64,000 nt of DNA from Cyanophora paradoxa CCMP329. Its lineage: Eukaryota; Plantae; Glaucophyta. Of this stretch, positions 1 to 10,124 are shown piece after piece. Numbering within the stretch: the stretch's first letter is position 1; each line of letters opens with the position of its first letter. The notes under the pieces were generated by a model that was given only the letters and a program-made list of their open reading frames with translations, was not told where the DNA came from and made no database searches. A program made the position numbers and the translations under genes. Where the stretch lies: NCBI GenBank assembly GCA_004431415.1, contig QPMI01000500.1, positions 6,294-70,293 of the forward strand, read 5' to 3'.

Positions 1-2322
1 ATTATAATCTCCTGTGAAAGATATGATTTTCAGTTCACCTCTTCCTACATAATCAGAAGGTAGATCAATCTTAATGGGCATTATTGCTGGATCATCAGGT
101 ATCTCATACTCACCTCCTGGATGTACAACTGGGAATGTTTGATTGCTTTCAGTGTGAACAAAGAAGTTGCATGCTGTCACTGTTCCATCAATAGTCCCAC
201 CTGTCAGAGGGAGGTAATCACCTGTCACACCAATATTTATTCCTGCAATGATTGTATTTAGTTCGGTTTCATCTATGTAGTTTTGGCTTGAAGGTAATCC
301 TCTGTAACTATTCTCGATATGTCTCATTGTGAATATTCTTTGCTGCTGCCCTCTGATTGATTTCTAAGACTCCCTCACCCACTCCACCATTATAATTTGT
401 TTTAATCCATGACACCTCACACTGTTTATAATCGTCTCGATTTCCTAAAAGTGCATCAGGTAGCATTCTCTCTCTGCTGAATATTAATTTCGGTCTTGAT
501 GAATCTAAATCACTCACATCAGTAACATTAATTGGATTGCTGCGTTTTTATCATCATAGTTTGCTGGATCAGATGGTAGAGAGATCAATCCTCCTGTCAT
601 TGGGATGTCATCTGCAAAGTAACTTGTCAAATAGATACCTGGTTTGGTGTCTTTAATTTCAATACCACCACCAAGTCCCAATATTCCATTTCTTGTAGGG
701 GGTCTAATGTATAATTCGCCTTCCATTGTGGTGCCTGCATCTATTCCCTTTCGATTCACATAGTAATCATTTAATTGTAATCTTGCTGGTGTGTCTATAT
801 TTTGATAGAGACTCACACCATTGTTAATATCTCCTAATAATACATTACCTGCTGATGCAAAAGTGGGTTGTTCTCGTATTTCACTCCAAATATGCAAATG
901 GTCTTCTGGTGGAAACTCTGGTGGATCCCATCAATATCACCCCAATTATGCCTGTGATCCTCTGGTGGGAATTTCTCTGGTTTACCTAAGATCTCATCCC
1001 AGTCATGGTTGTGATCCTCTGGTGGAAATCTGGCTGGTTTGTTGTTGATCTGCTCCCAATCTGGGAAGAATTCCCAAATCTCAGGTCGAAATCCATCTGG
1101 TAATAATTCTTCATGGGGTTCATAAGGTTGCTCATAGTCAACAGCTGGTGGATCATGACCATCTGCTAAATATTCCTCATGGGGTTCATAATTCTGCTCA
1201 TACTCATACTCTTGTGGATCTAAACCATCTGGTAAATACTCTTCATCATTGGGATCATATTGATCATATTCATACTCTTGTGGGTCGAAACCATCAGGTA
1301 GGTATTCCTCCTCATCTGGAACGAATTGGTATTCGTCAAGCTCCAAAATATCGATTTCAGGAGGTAAATATTGCTCATCAATTTGCTTTCTTGGTTCAAT
1401 TATCGGTTTATTGCGAACCTGCTCCCAACTAACAATGTGTTGCCCAAAAGGAACTGTCTCATCTGCTGTGTACTCTCTGCCTGGTTGCTTTTTCGGTGTT
1501 AAATCTGGTGGATCCCATGGAAGAGGGAAGGGAACTGGACAGGTCCATAATACTCAAAGATCTCTCTTATGGTCTTCTCACTTACAAGCTTCTCACCATT
1601 TGCATACACATTGCTGCCATGGATATTTCGCCATTGCCTGGTTCGAATTCCAAGGTCTTTCACATTGCTATACAAAGGCAAAAGGTGCCTATCCATTTCG
1701 ACTAAATCAGGATGTAAATGGATTGCTACTGGTTGACTGGGGCTACTGTTGATTGTAATTGATGGCTTTTTTTGATGGACATCTTTTGGAGTAAAGAACC
1801 CAAAAGGCTCATTCCTTGCAAAGTCATATGTAATATCCTTGGGGTAGACATCATTTGTGTAGGAGACCTGATTTGTATTGGCAATGGGACCCACTTGCAA
1901 TACTTGGGGGACCTCAGCTTTTGCAGTGCTGCCCTCATTGTAAATTCGCAAAGCTGTGTTCTGTTTGCCCTGCTCATCTTGAACATTGAAAACCAATCGA
2001 CCACTATCAAACCTGGAAGGTATATCTGGGTGAGTGCCACTGGTTTTTAGTTTCCTAGGTCTCCTTCTTGTTGCTTTGATCTCTGCCACTTGGTTTGCTT
2101 TCACATTACCCAAGCTAAAAGCAACACTAACTTCCTCCTTATCTGGATCGGTTTGATTCACAGACAAAGCATGCTCCCTTGATTGAGTCTTGGATGAATT
2201 ATCGGAACTGTGGTCAATCGAACTGAACCCTTTACTTTAATATTATCAAAGTTCACATGCTTGGTGCTGCTTGCATTATCATCTTGAATGGTTTCTAGAT
2301 TGGGTGGGTAATTGAAGCTCAT
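1..2322 (-). CDS. 5' part of giant modular fibre/adhesin protein (frameshifted; runs off window)
   Basis: ORFs 1499-2167, 834-1346, 514-897 and 308-517 join by single-base frameshifts when compared with the B copy. Acidic EEYLPDG repeats, HxHxW..I..KP repeats, YLPLTGGT motif near 200. Confidence 0.75.
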
Positions 2323-2365
2323 GGCTTTTACTATATGGATTTATAAAATTCCTGATAAGTAAAAG

Positions 2366-3919
2366 ATGCCTCAGAAGATCGTTTTAGCATTGTCAGGGGA
2401 GGTGCAAGGGGCATTATCATAACCAGGCTGCTAAAAGAAATTGAAAATCGAACTGGCAGAAGAATAATCGATCTTGTGGATCTTGTAAGTGGAACTTCCA
2501 CTGGTGGGATCATTGCAATAGGTTTGAATATCAGGCATCCTGATAAACCAGGTGAACCTAAACTGACAGCAAACGATTTACACAATATTTACCTAACTCA
2601 ACTGCCCTTGATTTTTGCAAATCCTCGAAATATAATCGAAAATGCCCTTTTTAACACAAAGTATGATGTCGGACCCTTGGAGACTGCAATCAATTCAGTT
2701 ACTGGTGAATCACTAATACAGGATTCCCTAAAGGACATTGTGATTACATCCTTTGATACTCAGAATATGAAACCAATATTTATCACAAATGATAACAATT
2801 ACAACTTTATGCCTTGTAAGATTGCTGCTAGGGCTACTTCTGCTGCTCCTACATATTTCTCTCCTGTAAGCATTGTTGATTTCAATCGAGGAGTATTTGT
2901 CTGTCTTATTGATGGTGCCATTTCGGGAAACAATAATCCCAGTGTGTGTGTTACAGCCATGCAAAGAAGATTTACAGTGATGATGATGATATTATAGTAA
3001 TAAGCATCTCTTGTGGTGAGGTGGACCCACATTTAGAGTCTGATTATGTGGGTATGCTTATGAGACTGTCAATAGCTGGGGCATTCTCTCATGGATTGCC
3101 TCAACAGATGGAAGCCCATTGATTAACATGCTCATGGCTGCAAGTGAGCTTTCTGCCCTTGATAAGATGGAGGAGTTGTTACCCTACAACTATGATCAGG
3201 ATTATGGGAGATACTATAGGCTATCAGTCCCTCTTCCAAATCATATAGTAAGCTCTCTGGATGACACTTCTAAAATCCCAGATATGATAGCATTCACTGA
3301 AACATACATAGCAGCAAACAATGATATGATTAATAAGCTTTGCAGCCTACTAGTAGCAAACTATGAACTTAAGAACCCTTCAAAGGCTTACATCTCATCC
3401 ACTCTCACTACATCACCTCCTTTGGATGCCAATTGGTATCAGCTTGCAGATGATGCCTTTACTGCCTCATCCTCTGTGACAGGTAAAGAGCCTTTCATGG
3501 CAAGACCTTCAGCATTTGGCTGGGAAGCTGGAGCCTTTGCTCCTGAACAGATATGGGAAACCCCCACTGAATACCTTCAAGTTGCTTTCCCATATACTTT
3601 CGAACTCTCCTCTGTTATTGCCTATGGTTCAGGGGACACCAATGCTTTTATTAAGACTTTCAATGTGGCAACATCCACTGATGGGATCAACTGGTCTTTT
3701 ATTCGATCAGATGGGCAAAACAAAATATATGTCTGTGAGAACATTAACAATGCTCACAACTCTGGTGATGTGGCTCTATTGAGTGGATTTCCTCTCAGCA
3801 TCAAGGATGCTTTTTACATAGGTTTCTCTCTCAGAATTAAATATATTCGCATTTATCCCCTTGTGTATGTGAATGCTCCCACAATGAGAGTTGATTTCAC
3901 AGGTGCCTTTATTCGATAA
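2366..3919 (+). CDS. Patatin-like phospholipase fused to C-terminal F5/8-type-C (discoidin) domain; frameshifted
   Basis: SGGGARG (after a 1-nt G correction), GTSTGG, ARATSAAPTYF, IDGA. C-terminal AFTASSS...EYLQV...STDGINW...YIRIYP...MRVDFTG. Confidence 0.88.
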
Positions 3920-4841
3920 ACTCCAACTGAAACGAATTATCGATTCCATTCATATCAATCAGTTCACCAAAGTAATCTTTAAACTCCACAGTGAGTTCCC
4001 TTATCACCAGGTTTCTGTCATTGATTTGAATAAATTCTGCATGTTCACCACTATGGTAAACATAGCCACCTATATCTTTACTCAATTGCAATCTAAGGAT
4101 AGCCCCCTGGTTGTGTGGTTGCGATTTCGGAATTATATTGTGTCTGCTGGCAAAGGGGGCTAGCTCTTTAATATGCATGTACAGATACTGCTCAGCATTC
4201 ATATCAGACATCTTATTACTGGTGAAATAATACTGCAAGGGCTTTGAGGAGAGTCTGGGTCCTGAGAAGGTGATTCCCCATGCTGGGTGATCAGGTGTCA
4301 TAGGTTTGCCATCATACTTTAAAAGGTTCTCAGGTCGATATGGAGATCCACCAACAGGAGGAGTGCTATAATACCCAGTGGTGTATTCAGTAGAACTTAC
4401 ACCCAAAAGCTTCCCTATTCGCTTGTTGCTTGCAATAAAACGAAACTCATGGTTACTGTAAAACTCCACTTTATAGGTTGTTGGGTTGTAGAATATCTTG
4501 AAGTCGAAAAACACAGTTTTATCTGCAATGGTTTTGAAGCTTGAATAGTTCAGCCCATAATTATAGGGATGTGTGACCCCAAAATGACCCTGGTTAATGT
4601 AGCCACTGGGAAGGGGATACACTTTCTGTGTGATGATTTCATTGTATGAACCATCTTGGTAGTTAAAATCAACTGTTAAATGATCAGTTCCCACACTGTT
4701 ATAGATACTGTTTGGAATCTCTGCATAGAGAACCCTGCATTCTCTTGGTCTCTCTACTGGAGTTGTGAGGGTGACCCTGTAAGAGTTTTCAGATTCCCCT
4801 TGGCTTCTATCCCTGCTATCAATATTAACAAGTCGATTCAT
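3909..4841 (-). CDS. Minor capsid protein (penton) 1
   Basis: N-terminal VNIDSRDR...AEIPNSIYN and C-terminal LTVEFKDYFGELIDMNG..SFQLEF, typical of PLV/virophage single-jelly-roll pentons. Near the MCP. Confidence 0.85.
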   Translation of the reverse strand: MNRLVNIDSRDRSQGESENSYRVTLTTPVERPRECRVLYAEIPNSIYNSVGTDHLTVDFNYQDGSYNEIITQKVYPLPSGYINQGHFGVTHPYNYGLNYSSFKTIADKTVFFDFKIFYNPTTYKVEFYSNHEFRFIASNKRIGKLLGVSSTEYTTGYYSTPPVGGSPYRPENLLKYDGKPMTPDHPAWGITFSGPRLSSKPLQYYFTSNKMSDMNAEQYLYMHIKELAPFASRHNIIPKSQPHNQGAILRLQLSKDIGGYVYHSGEHAEFIQINDRNLVIRELTVEFKDYFGELIDMNGIDNSFQLEFIE

Positions 4842-4870
4842 TTTAATATATAAATATAGATAAAAGAAGA
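4842..4870. promoter_or_regulatory. 29-bp AT-rich spacer, putative bidirectional promoter between the two penton genes
   Basis: TTTTAATATATAAATATAGATAAAAGAAGA-like spacer between divergent ATGs, identical in B (38972-39000). Confidence 0.55.
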
Positions 4871-5877
4871 ATGCCTGTGGATTACATCGAGGTTAGCTCA
4901 TTTAATACAATCTCTGGTGATGGTCCCACATCAAGCTTTGTGGCTAGACTCCCAGTAGTTATGAGAATGTGAGGGCTGTAAGACTGGTATCAGCCGAATT
5001 TATAACAGCATCCCTATGGTGAGTGGGAAACCAAAGTAGGAGATGTAACAATCGACAATTCATTTAGTATTTACTATTCTGAAGAACTTGCAGGAGCTGG
5101 AATTGATGGTATCCCACAGTTCGCCCAGCTGAGGACTTTGAACAGTGGAAACAAATCATTATAAGTCGCAAAGCCCCCATCCAAAGCCACCAACAACTGG
5201 TGAATGTTATTAATGAAAAGTTCGATTTAAAAAATCCTAAACCATCTCTTCGCTGCAAATGGGATGAGTCACTGAAACGAATAGTATTCCATTCCGAAAA
5301 AAAGTTTTACCTGGCTTTCTCACTTGCTGTAAATCCAAACCTGCAAACAATTCAAAAGCTATTGAGTTCAGGTAGACTGCTTGGTCTTGATCCTGGAAGA
5401 TATGGCAATTCCTCAATCCAATCACAAGTTTATGATGCTCTCACTGATGGTATCTTTACTGGGACTCGAGTGAACGGTATTCTATCTTCTTTTGAGCCTG
5501 AGAAGACCAGGGACAGTGTTTTGTTTGTGAGAGTAAAGGAGCTGGGTGATCTGGTGCAATGTGGGGATGGTCTTTTGACTGGTTACTTCCATAAAATAGT
5601 GGTCCCTGACAAAGACTATGGTGAGCATGTAGTTTACAATTCAACAGAGGCTCATCCACTTTACAAATACTATAATAAGAAAGTTGGATTATCCACTTTC
5701 TCGGTTGATATTGTAAATGCTATTAATGAACCAATTGATTTTGAGGGTCAACCTGTTCATCTTACCTTTGAAATTCGCTATGGTGATGAGCCAGCTGGGG
5801 ACCCAGTTTATGAATACTTTAAGATGAGAATGTCACAGCTTCACCCTTCCTATCCAGTTATTACAAGCTTCGCATAA
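4871..5877 (+). CDS. Minor capsid protein (penton) 2 (frameshifted in A, intact in B)
   Basis: B copy reads SSFVARLPSSYENVRAVRLVSAEFYNSIP; C-terminal FSVDIVN...IDFEGQPVHLTFEI. Confidence 0.75.
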
Positions 5878-5930
5878 ATTAAGGATCATTGGTAGATTTT
5901 TTATGTTGCAGTATAATAAAAGAGAATATA

Positions 5931-7298
5931 ATGGATATCACTTCCACTCTTCAAAGACTTTCGCTGAAAGAAGCCCTAACAACCCCAGAGGAGGCGAAAG
6001 CCTTTTTCCTGGATAACTCCCTTATGCTTGGTCTCGAATCCAAGTCTAAGCCAGTTCTAGTTGTTGTGAATCCCAGCAATACTTTTGAGAATAATGTAGG
6101 AAATCGCATTTCCTTCAAGCTACCTCGCTACAATTTCTGTGGAAAACTCGAACTTGCTTTCGACCTACCAGAAATCACTTTTGCTGGTGAAGATCTAGTT
6201 CGCAATGGATACACTCGCCCAGTTGGTGCTTTAGTTCAGCGACTTGAAATTACCTATGGATCTTACACCTACCACATCCCTTCTGATTTCCTTGCTCATT
6301 TCCCCCTGGTCTATTATTCGGAGGATCAACTAGCTAAAAAGAAACGCTCAATGGGCATGGTTCATGGTATCCCTGCTCATGGAACCAACCGACTTGGTGG
6401 CTCATTTTTCGTTGAGATCCCAGTGCCTTGGCTAAATCACTATCTTCCCCTTGGTGCTTTATCTGGTGAAATGGTTGTTACTGTTTGGTTTAAGGATGCT
6501 GGAAAGGGTTATGTTGAAACTTCCTATGGTGGTCGCTCTCTCCCTGTTGTTGGTGGGACAGCTGCTGATAAGACAGAAGATGATGGTCTTGGTGATACTG
6601 CTAATGCTACACTTGCCCATGTTGGTCAAAACATCACCACTTTCAGTCTTGGTGCAACAACCCCTGCTATTTCAATTACTTCTCCTCGCCTTTAAATGCA
6701 TGCTATTAATGTTTCTGATGAGCTTTTCGCTACTGTAATTGAAAAAGTAAAGACAACTGGCATGGCTATTCCCTCCCTTGATATTGGATTTGTAGATGCC
6801 ATTGCTTTTGCTGCCAAGGGCAATGCCCAGCCCAATCGAATTAACCTCTCTCAAATCTCAGGTCTTGTCTATGCTCTGCTTGTTTCAGTTCGTGATTATG
6901 AGACTGTTGACAAATCCAATGGCTCCCACAGTGTTCTTAAGACCTATGCCAACTCCAAAGAGATAACATTCACTGTGGAAATAAATGGTCAGCGTCTCTA
7001 TGCCACTGAGCCAATTTCCCTACTCAAAGGTGCTGAGCTTATTGCTGATGCCTTCAAATGCTCTAACATGGACAAGGTTGCAGATAAATATGTCCTTTCA
7101 GGTTTAAGTTTCTGCATTGATGGAGAGAAGGCGATTCGAAATATTGCTCAAAGTGGATTTGTTGACCTGACAAATTCCTCATCTTCATTCCTCACACTCT
7201 ACATGCCCACAGATAAGACAATCAATGTTCAAGTTCGCGCTCTCATGCATAGTTTCCTCATTATAGACGGTTCAGGTGTTCGTAGAATCAATTTATAG
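5931..7298 (+). CDS. Double-jelly-roll major capsid protein, with an in-frame TAA at 6693-6695 (TAC in B)
   Basis: ISFKLPR, YLPLGAL, INLSQISGLVYALLVSVR. Clearly homologous to the C MCP (AFDLPR, YFPLLAL, ISLANVSGLVHAILMTVR). ~455 codons, between penton and ATPase. Confidence 0.85.
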
Positions 7299-7357
7299 AC
7301 CATTTTCAGTCTCCCTGCATTATTTTTATCTGTCTTTATTTAGGAAGATCTACAACA

Positions 7358-8140
7358 ATGCAAGATTTAGAAGAGTTTAATGTCTCTGAAATGATTAAAG
7401 GTGTTTTCAGAGCCATTTTTATAGGCAAAAGTTGTACGGGAAAAAGCGAATGTGTAAAGTATTGGTTAAAGCAATTACATGATGCCAAAGTTATTGATGT
7501 TGTCCTAGTTGTGAGTGGGACCAGCTTCAATCATTTCTGGAGAGAGGTTGCAACAGTAGAACTTGGTAAATGGGATGCCGGTTACATTTCAAAGCTTTTG
7601 GATGAAAGGCAGGAGAAAATCGAAAAGGGTGAACCTGTCAACCACATGTGTGTTGTTTTAGATGATTTAATTGATAATGAGATAATTGATTTAACCAGAG
7701 ACAAGGTGGTGTCATCTCTGTACAGTAGGGGCAGACACTCGAAAATATCCATTATCTGCATCACACAAAAGCTAAGAAAAGTCTCTTCGACTATTCGAGT
7801 TAATTCTGATTATGCTGTTTTCCTGAGTGCTGCTAATCGCAAAGAACTTGAAGCCATAGAGGAAGAATACAATATAATGCGAAACAAGGAGGACTTTTAC
7901 AAAATGTTTGAAGAGTATGTCCACTCCTATCAGTATATCGTTTGGTCCTCTGCTGGCTACTCTGTTAAATACTTTGTAGATAAAGCTGAGCTTGTCAAAG
8001 ACTTCCCATTTCCTCGCTTCCACAGAAAGCCCAAAAAGAAAGAAGATGAACTGAAACCACCAGAAAAAGAGGAAGCCCCAAAAGAAGTGAAAAGCCAAGT
8101 CCATAGCAATAAATTGATGCGATATAAACGCGGTTTATAA
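7358..8140 (+). CDS. A32/FtsK-like genome packaging ATPase
   Basis: Walker A GKSCTGKS, Walker B VVLDD, RGRHSKISIICITQ. Confidence 0.95.
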   Translation: MQDLEEFNVSEMIKGVFRAIFIGKSCTGKSECVKYWLKQLHDAKVIDVVLVVSGTSFNHFWREVATVELGKWDAGYISKLLDERQEKIEKGEPVNHMCVVLDDLIDNEIIDLTRDKVVSSLYSRGRHSKISIICITQKLRKVSSTIRVNSDYAVFLSAANRKELEAIEEEYNIMRNKEDFYKMFEEYVHSYQYIVWSSAGYSVKYFVDKAELVKDFPFPRFHRKPKKKEDELKPPEKEEAPKEVKSQVHSNKLMRYKRGL

Positions 8141-8168
8141 AATTATCTCTCATTCTAATAAAGATACA

Positions 8169-8903
8169 ATGCCTCCCAAACGAAAAATAGGGATCCCAGC
8201 TGGGGCTGTTGGCTATTCAGGTGGTGGAAACAATGGATCTATTAACACTGAACCAATGAAATTCAATGGTATGAACGAAATCAAACCCTCACAACCCCAA
8301 GAAGACCCCCTAAATGCTGCCTATGAGGAATCAGTCGATGACAAAGCCCCACAAAGTTCAACTGCTGACCAACTCAACATTTCACCAGAAGCCTCAAAAA
8401 TGAAAGCTGTTGCTGAGGGTGCCAGGCGAATTATTGGTGCTGCTGATGATAAAGGTTTAGGCTTGCAAGATCTGTCATTGGCTCGCAAAGGTGAAGGTCT
8501 AAGTAAAGAATCAGACAAGGTTATTCAGTCTATGGCTGGTGAAGTCACATACAAGACTGCTCCCACTCAAAATATTCATCGAATTCCCAAGGCTCAATGG
8601 GATGAGATGACTGCTAAACTCAAAGATCTGGAAGCCAAATCCAGTGCTTTGGAGCAGTATGTTACTGAGAAGAAAGAGAGAGCCAAGCTAAAGGAGATGC
8701 TTCGAAAGGAAGTTTATAAAATGGGAATCACTGGTGTCCCAGATAAACAGTTTATTGCTAAGAAAGAGAACCAAATCGATGAGCAGGCAGTAGATGAAAT
8801 GAAAACAAAGACCCAAAAGGGAACCATTGAACCTGGTGCCACCAAAGCTGAAGTAGAAAAGGGAGTAGCCCCAGCAGTATATAAAAGACGAGTTTGGCTT
8901 TAA
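8169..8903 (+). CDS. Hypothetical protein (possible virion core protein; N-terminal PPKRK NLS-like)
   Basis: 244-aa ORF conserved in B (42284-43005). Confidence 0.65.
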   Translation: MPPKRKIGIPAGAVGYSGGGNNGSINTEPMKFNGMNEIKPSQPQEDPLNAAYEESVDDKAPQSSTADQLNISPEASKMKAVAEGARRIIGAADDKGLGLQDLSLARKGEGLSKESDKVIQSMAGEVTYKTAPTQNIHRIPKAQWDEMTAKLKDLEAKSSALEQYVTEKKERAKLKEMLRKEVYKMGITGVPDKQFIAKKENQIDEQAVDEMKTKTQKGTIEPGATKAEVEKGVAPAVYKRRVWL

Positions 8904-8925
8904 TTATCTCTGTTTTATTAGAGAT

Positions 8926-9198
8926 ATGGACATAATACGAAAGTTCTTCGAGATGTTCAGTCTGCATGTGGTGAGCAATTGCCACAGTGGATGTTGTGAC
9001 ACAACAGTGGAGTTTGAGATGTCAGATAATGAGGATAATGCCTCAGAAGCAAGAGAGAGAAGGAGGTCTACAGTTTCTGTGGAGTCAATGCCAGCAGACC
9101 CCACAGAGTATACATATGAGCAACAGGAGTATCCAAGGAGAAGTTCTCTGCCAGCAGAAAACGTTTTCTCTGGGAATATAAATGGAGGACACTATTAG
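8926..9198 (+). CDS. Hypothetical small protein (CHSGCC motif)
   Basis: Packed in tandem; conserved in B at ~43027-43290. Confidence 0.5.
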   Translation: MDIIRKFFEMFSLHVVSNCHSGCCDTTVEFEMSDNEDNASEARERRRSTVSVESMPADPTEYTYEQQEYPRRSSLPAENVFSGNINGGHY

Positions 9199-9427
9199 TT
9201 TAATCGAGTTTACCAGTGATGAACCTGTTACTGAGGGTTCTATAAGACACATTCTAGCAATGCAGAAACGATATAGAGACGACCCAGCATATAGAGAGTA
9301 TAAGAAGCAACAAGCCCTGGCATCCTATTATCGCAGAAAAGCCCAAAAAGAGGAGCAGAGACCCAGAGGAAGACCGATTAAATATTATTTGCCAACTGAA
9401 AGTAGCAATGGACCCCCAGGTCTATAA
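9182..9427 (+). CDS. Small basic protein with AT-hook-like motif
   Basis: RPRGRPIK; YRDDPAYREYKKQQALASYYRRK motif shared with 9580-9906. Confidence 0.6.
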   Translation: MEDTISLIEFTSDEPVTEGSIRHILAMQKRYRDDPAYREYKKQQALASYYRRKAQKEEQRPRGRPIKYYLPTESSNGPPGL

Positions 9428-9611
9428 GATAATCGAGAAAAAGCGGTCTCAGTATGCAACTGAGGCAGCTATAAAAGTTTACAGACAGGAACTGGTGTTC
9501 GCAACAAAAAATGACTTAAGGAAAAAGTACATAGGTTGTATTGAGGAAAAATTATTTTCGTATCTACTATTAAAGAGAAATGCCGAATATCCGCAAGATA
9601 CTCACAGATGA
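9408..9611 (+). CDS. Hypothetical protein containing the left breakpoint of the A/B cassette swap
   Basis: First ~23 codons shared with B (43495-43565), then unrelated. Confidence 0.45.
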   Translation: MDPQVYKIIEKKRSQYATEAAIKVYRQELVFATKNDLRKKYIGCIEEKLFSYLLLKRNAEYPQDTHR

Positions 9612-9906
9612 TGAAAAAGCAGAAAAGCTGAGACTGAAAAGGGAGCAAGATGCCCAAAGAAAACGCGAAGCCTATCATAAAAAGAAGGAGGAACGATTAT
9701 CCCAAGGAGCCGCTACAGTTCACACACCAGAAGAACTCAAAAAGATTGCCCTCAGACACCAGAGGAAATACAGGGAAAATGAAGAATATCGCGAACAGAA
9801 AAAGGCAAAAGCGCTGGAATATTACCACAAGAAGAAAGATGAACAACCCAAGACACCCAAAGAGCATAAACCGGTTGGAAGACCTCGGAAATATATCGAA
9901 GAATAA
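9580..9906 (+). CDS. Small basic protein with AT-hook
   Basis: KPVGRPRKY; YRENEEYREQKKAKALEYYHKK. Confidence 0.62.
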   Translation: MPNIRKILTDDEKAEKLRLKREQDAQRKREAYHKKKEERLSQGAATVHTPEELKKIALRHQRKYRENEEYREQKKAKALEYYHKKKDEQPKTPKEHKPVGRPRKYIEE

Positions 9907-10015
9907 ATTCTCGATCAAAACAAATCTTGTAGAAATTGATTTGATCGGAGGCAAAAAAATGACAGCTTTCTTCCCTCTTTTTTAAAACTGTACCTATATA
10001 TCGAGACAGTATCCC

Positions 10016-10064
10016 GACCCAAAACTACTTAAGGACTTGGCAAATAATAGGATATATATAAAAG
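10016..10064 (+). promoter_or_regulatory. Putative promoter: GACCCAAAACTACTTAA ... TATATATAAAAG
   Basis: Same motif upstream of the B helicase (~46376-46418, minus) and 47696; variants upstream of 13386, 13514 and 46824. Confidence 0.6.
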
Positions 10065-10124
10065 ACAATTCCTCCTTCCGAAATTATTTTCTTCGTTAAA
10101 GGTAGAAGTCCCCCAAAATCGAAA

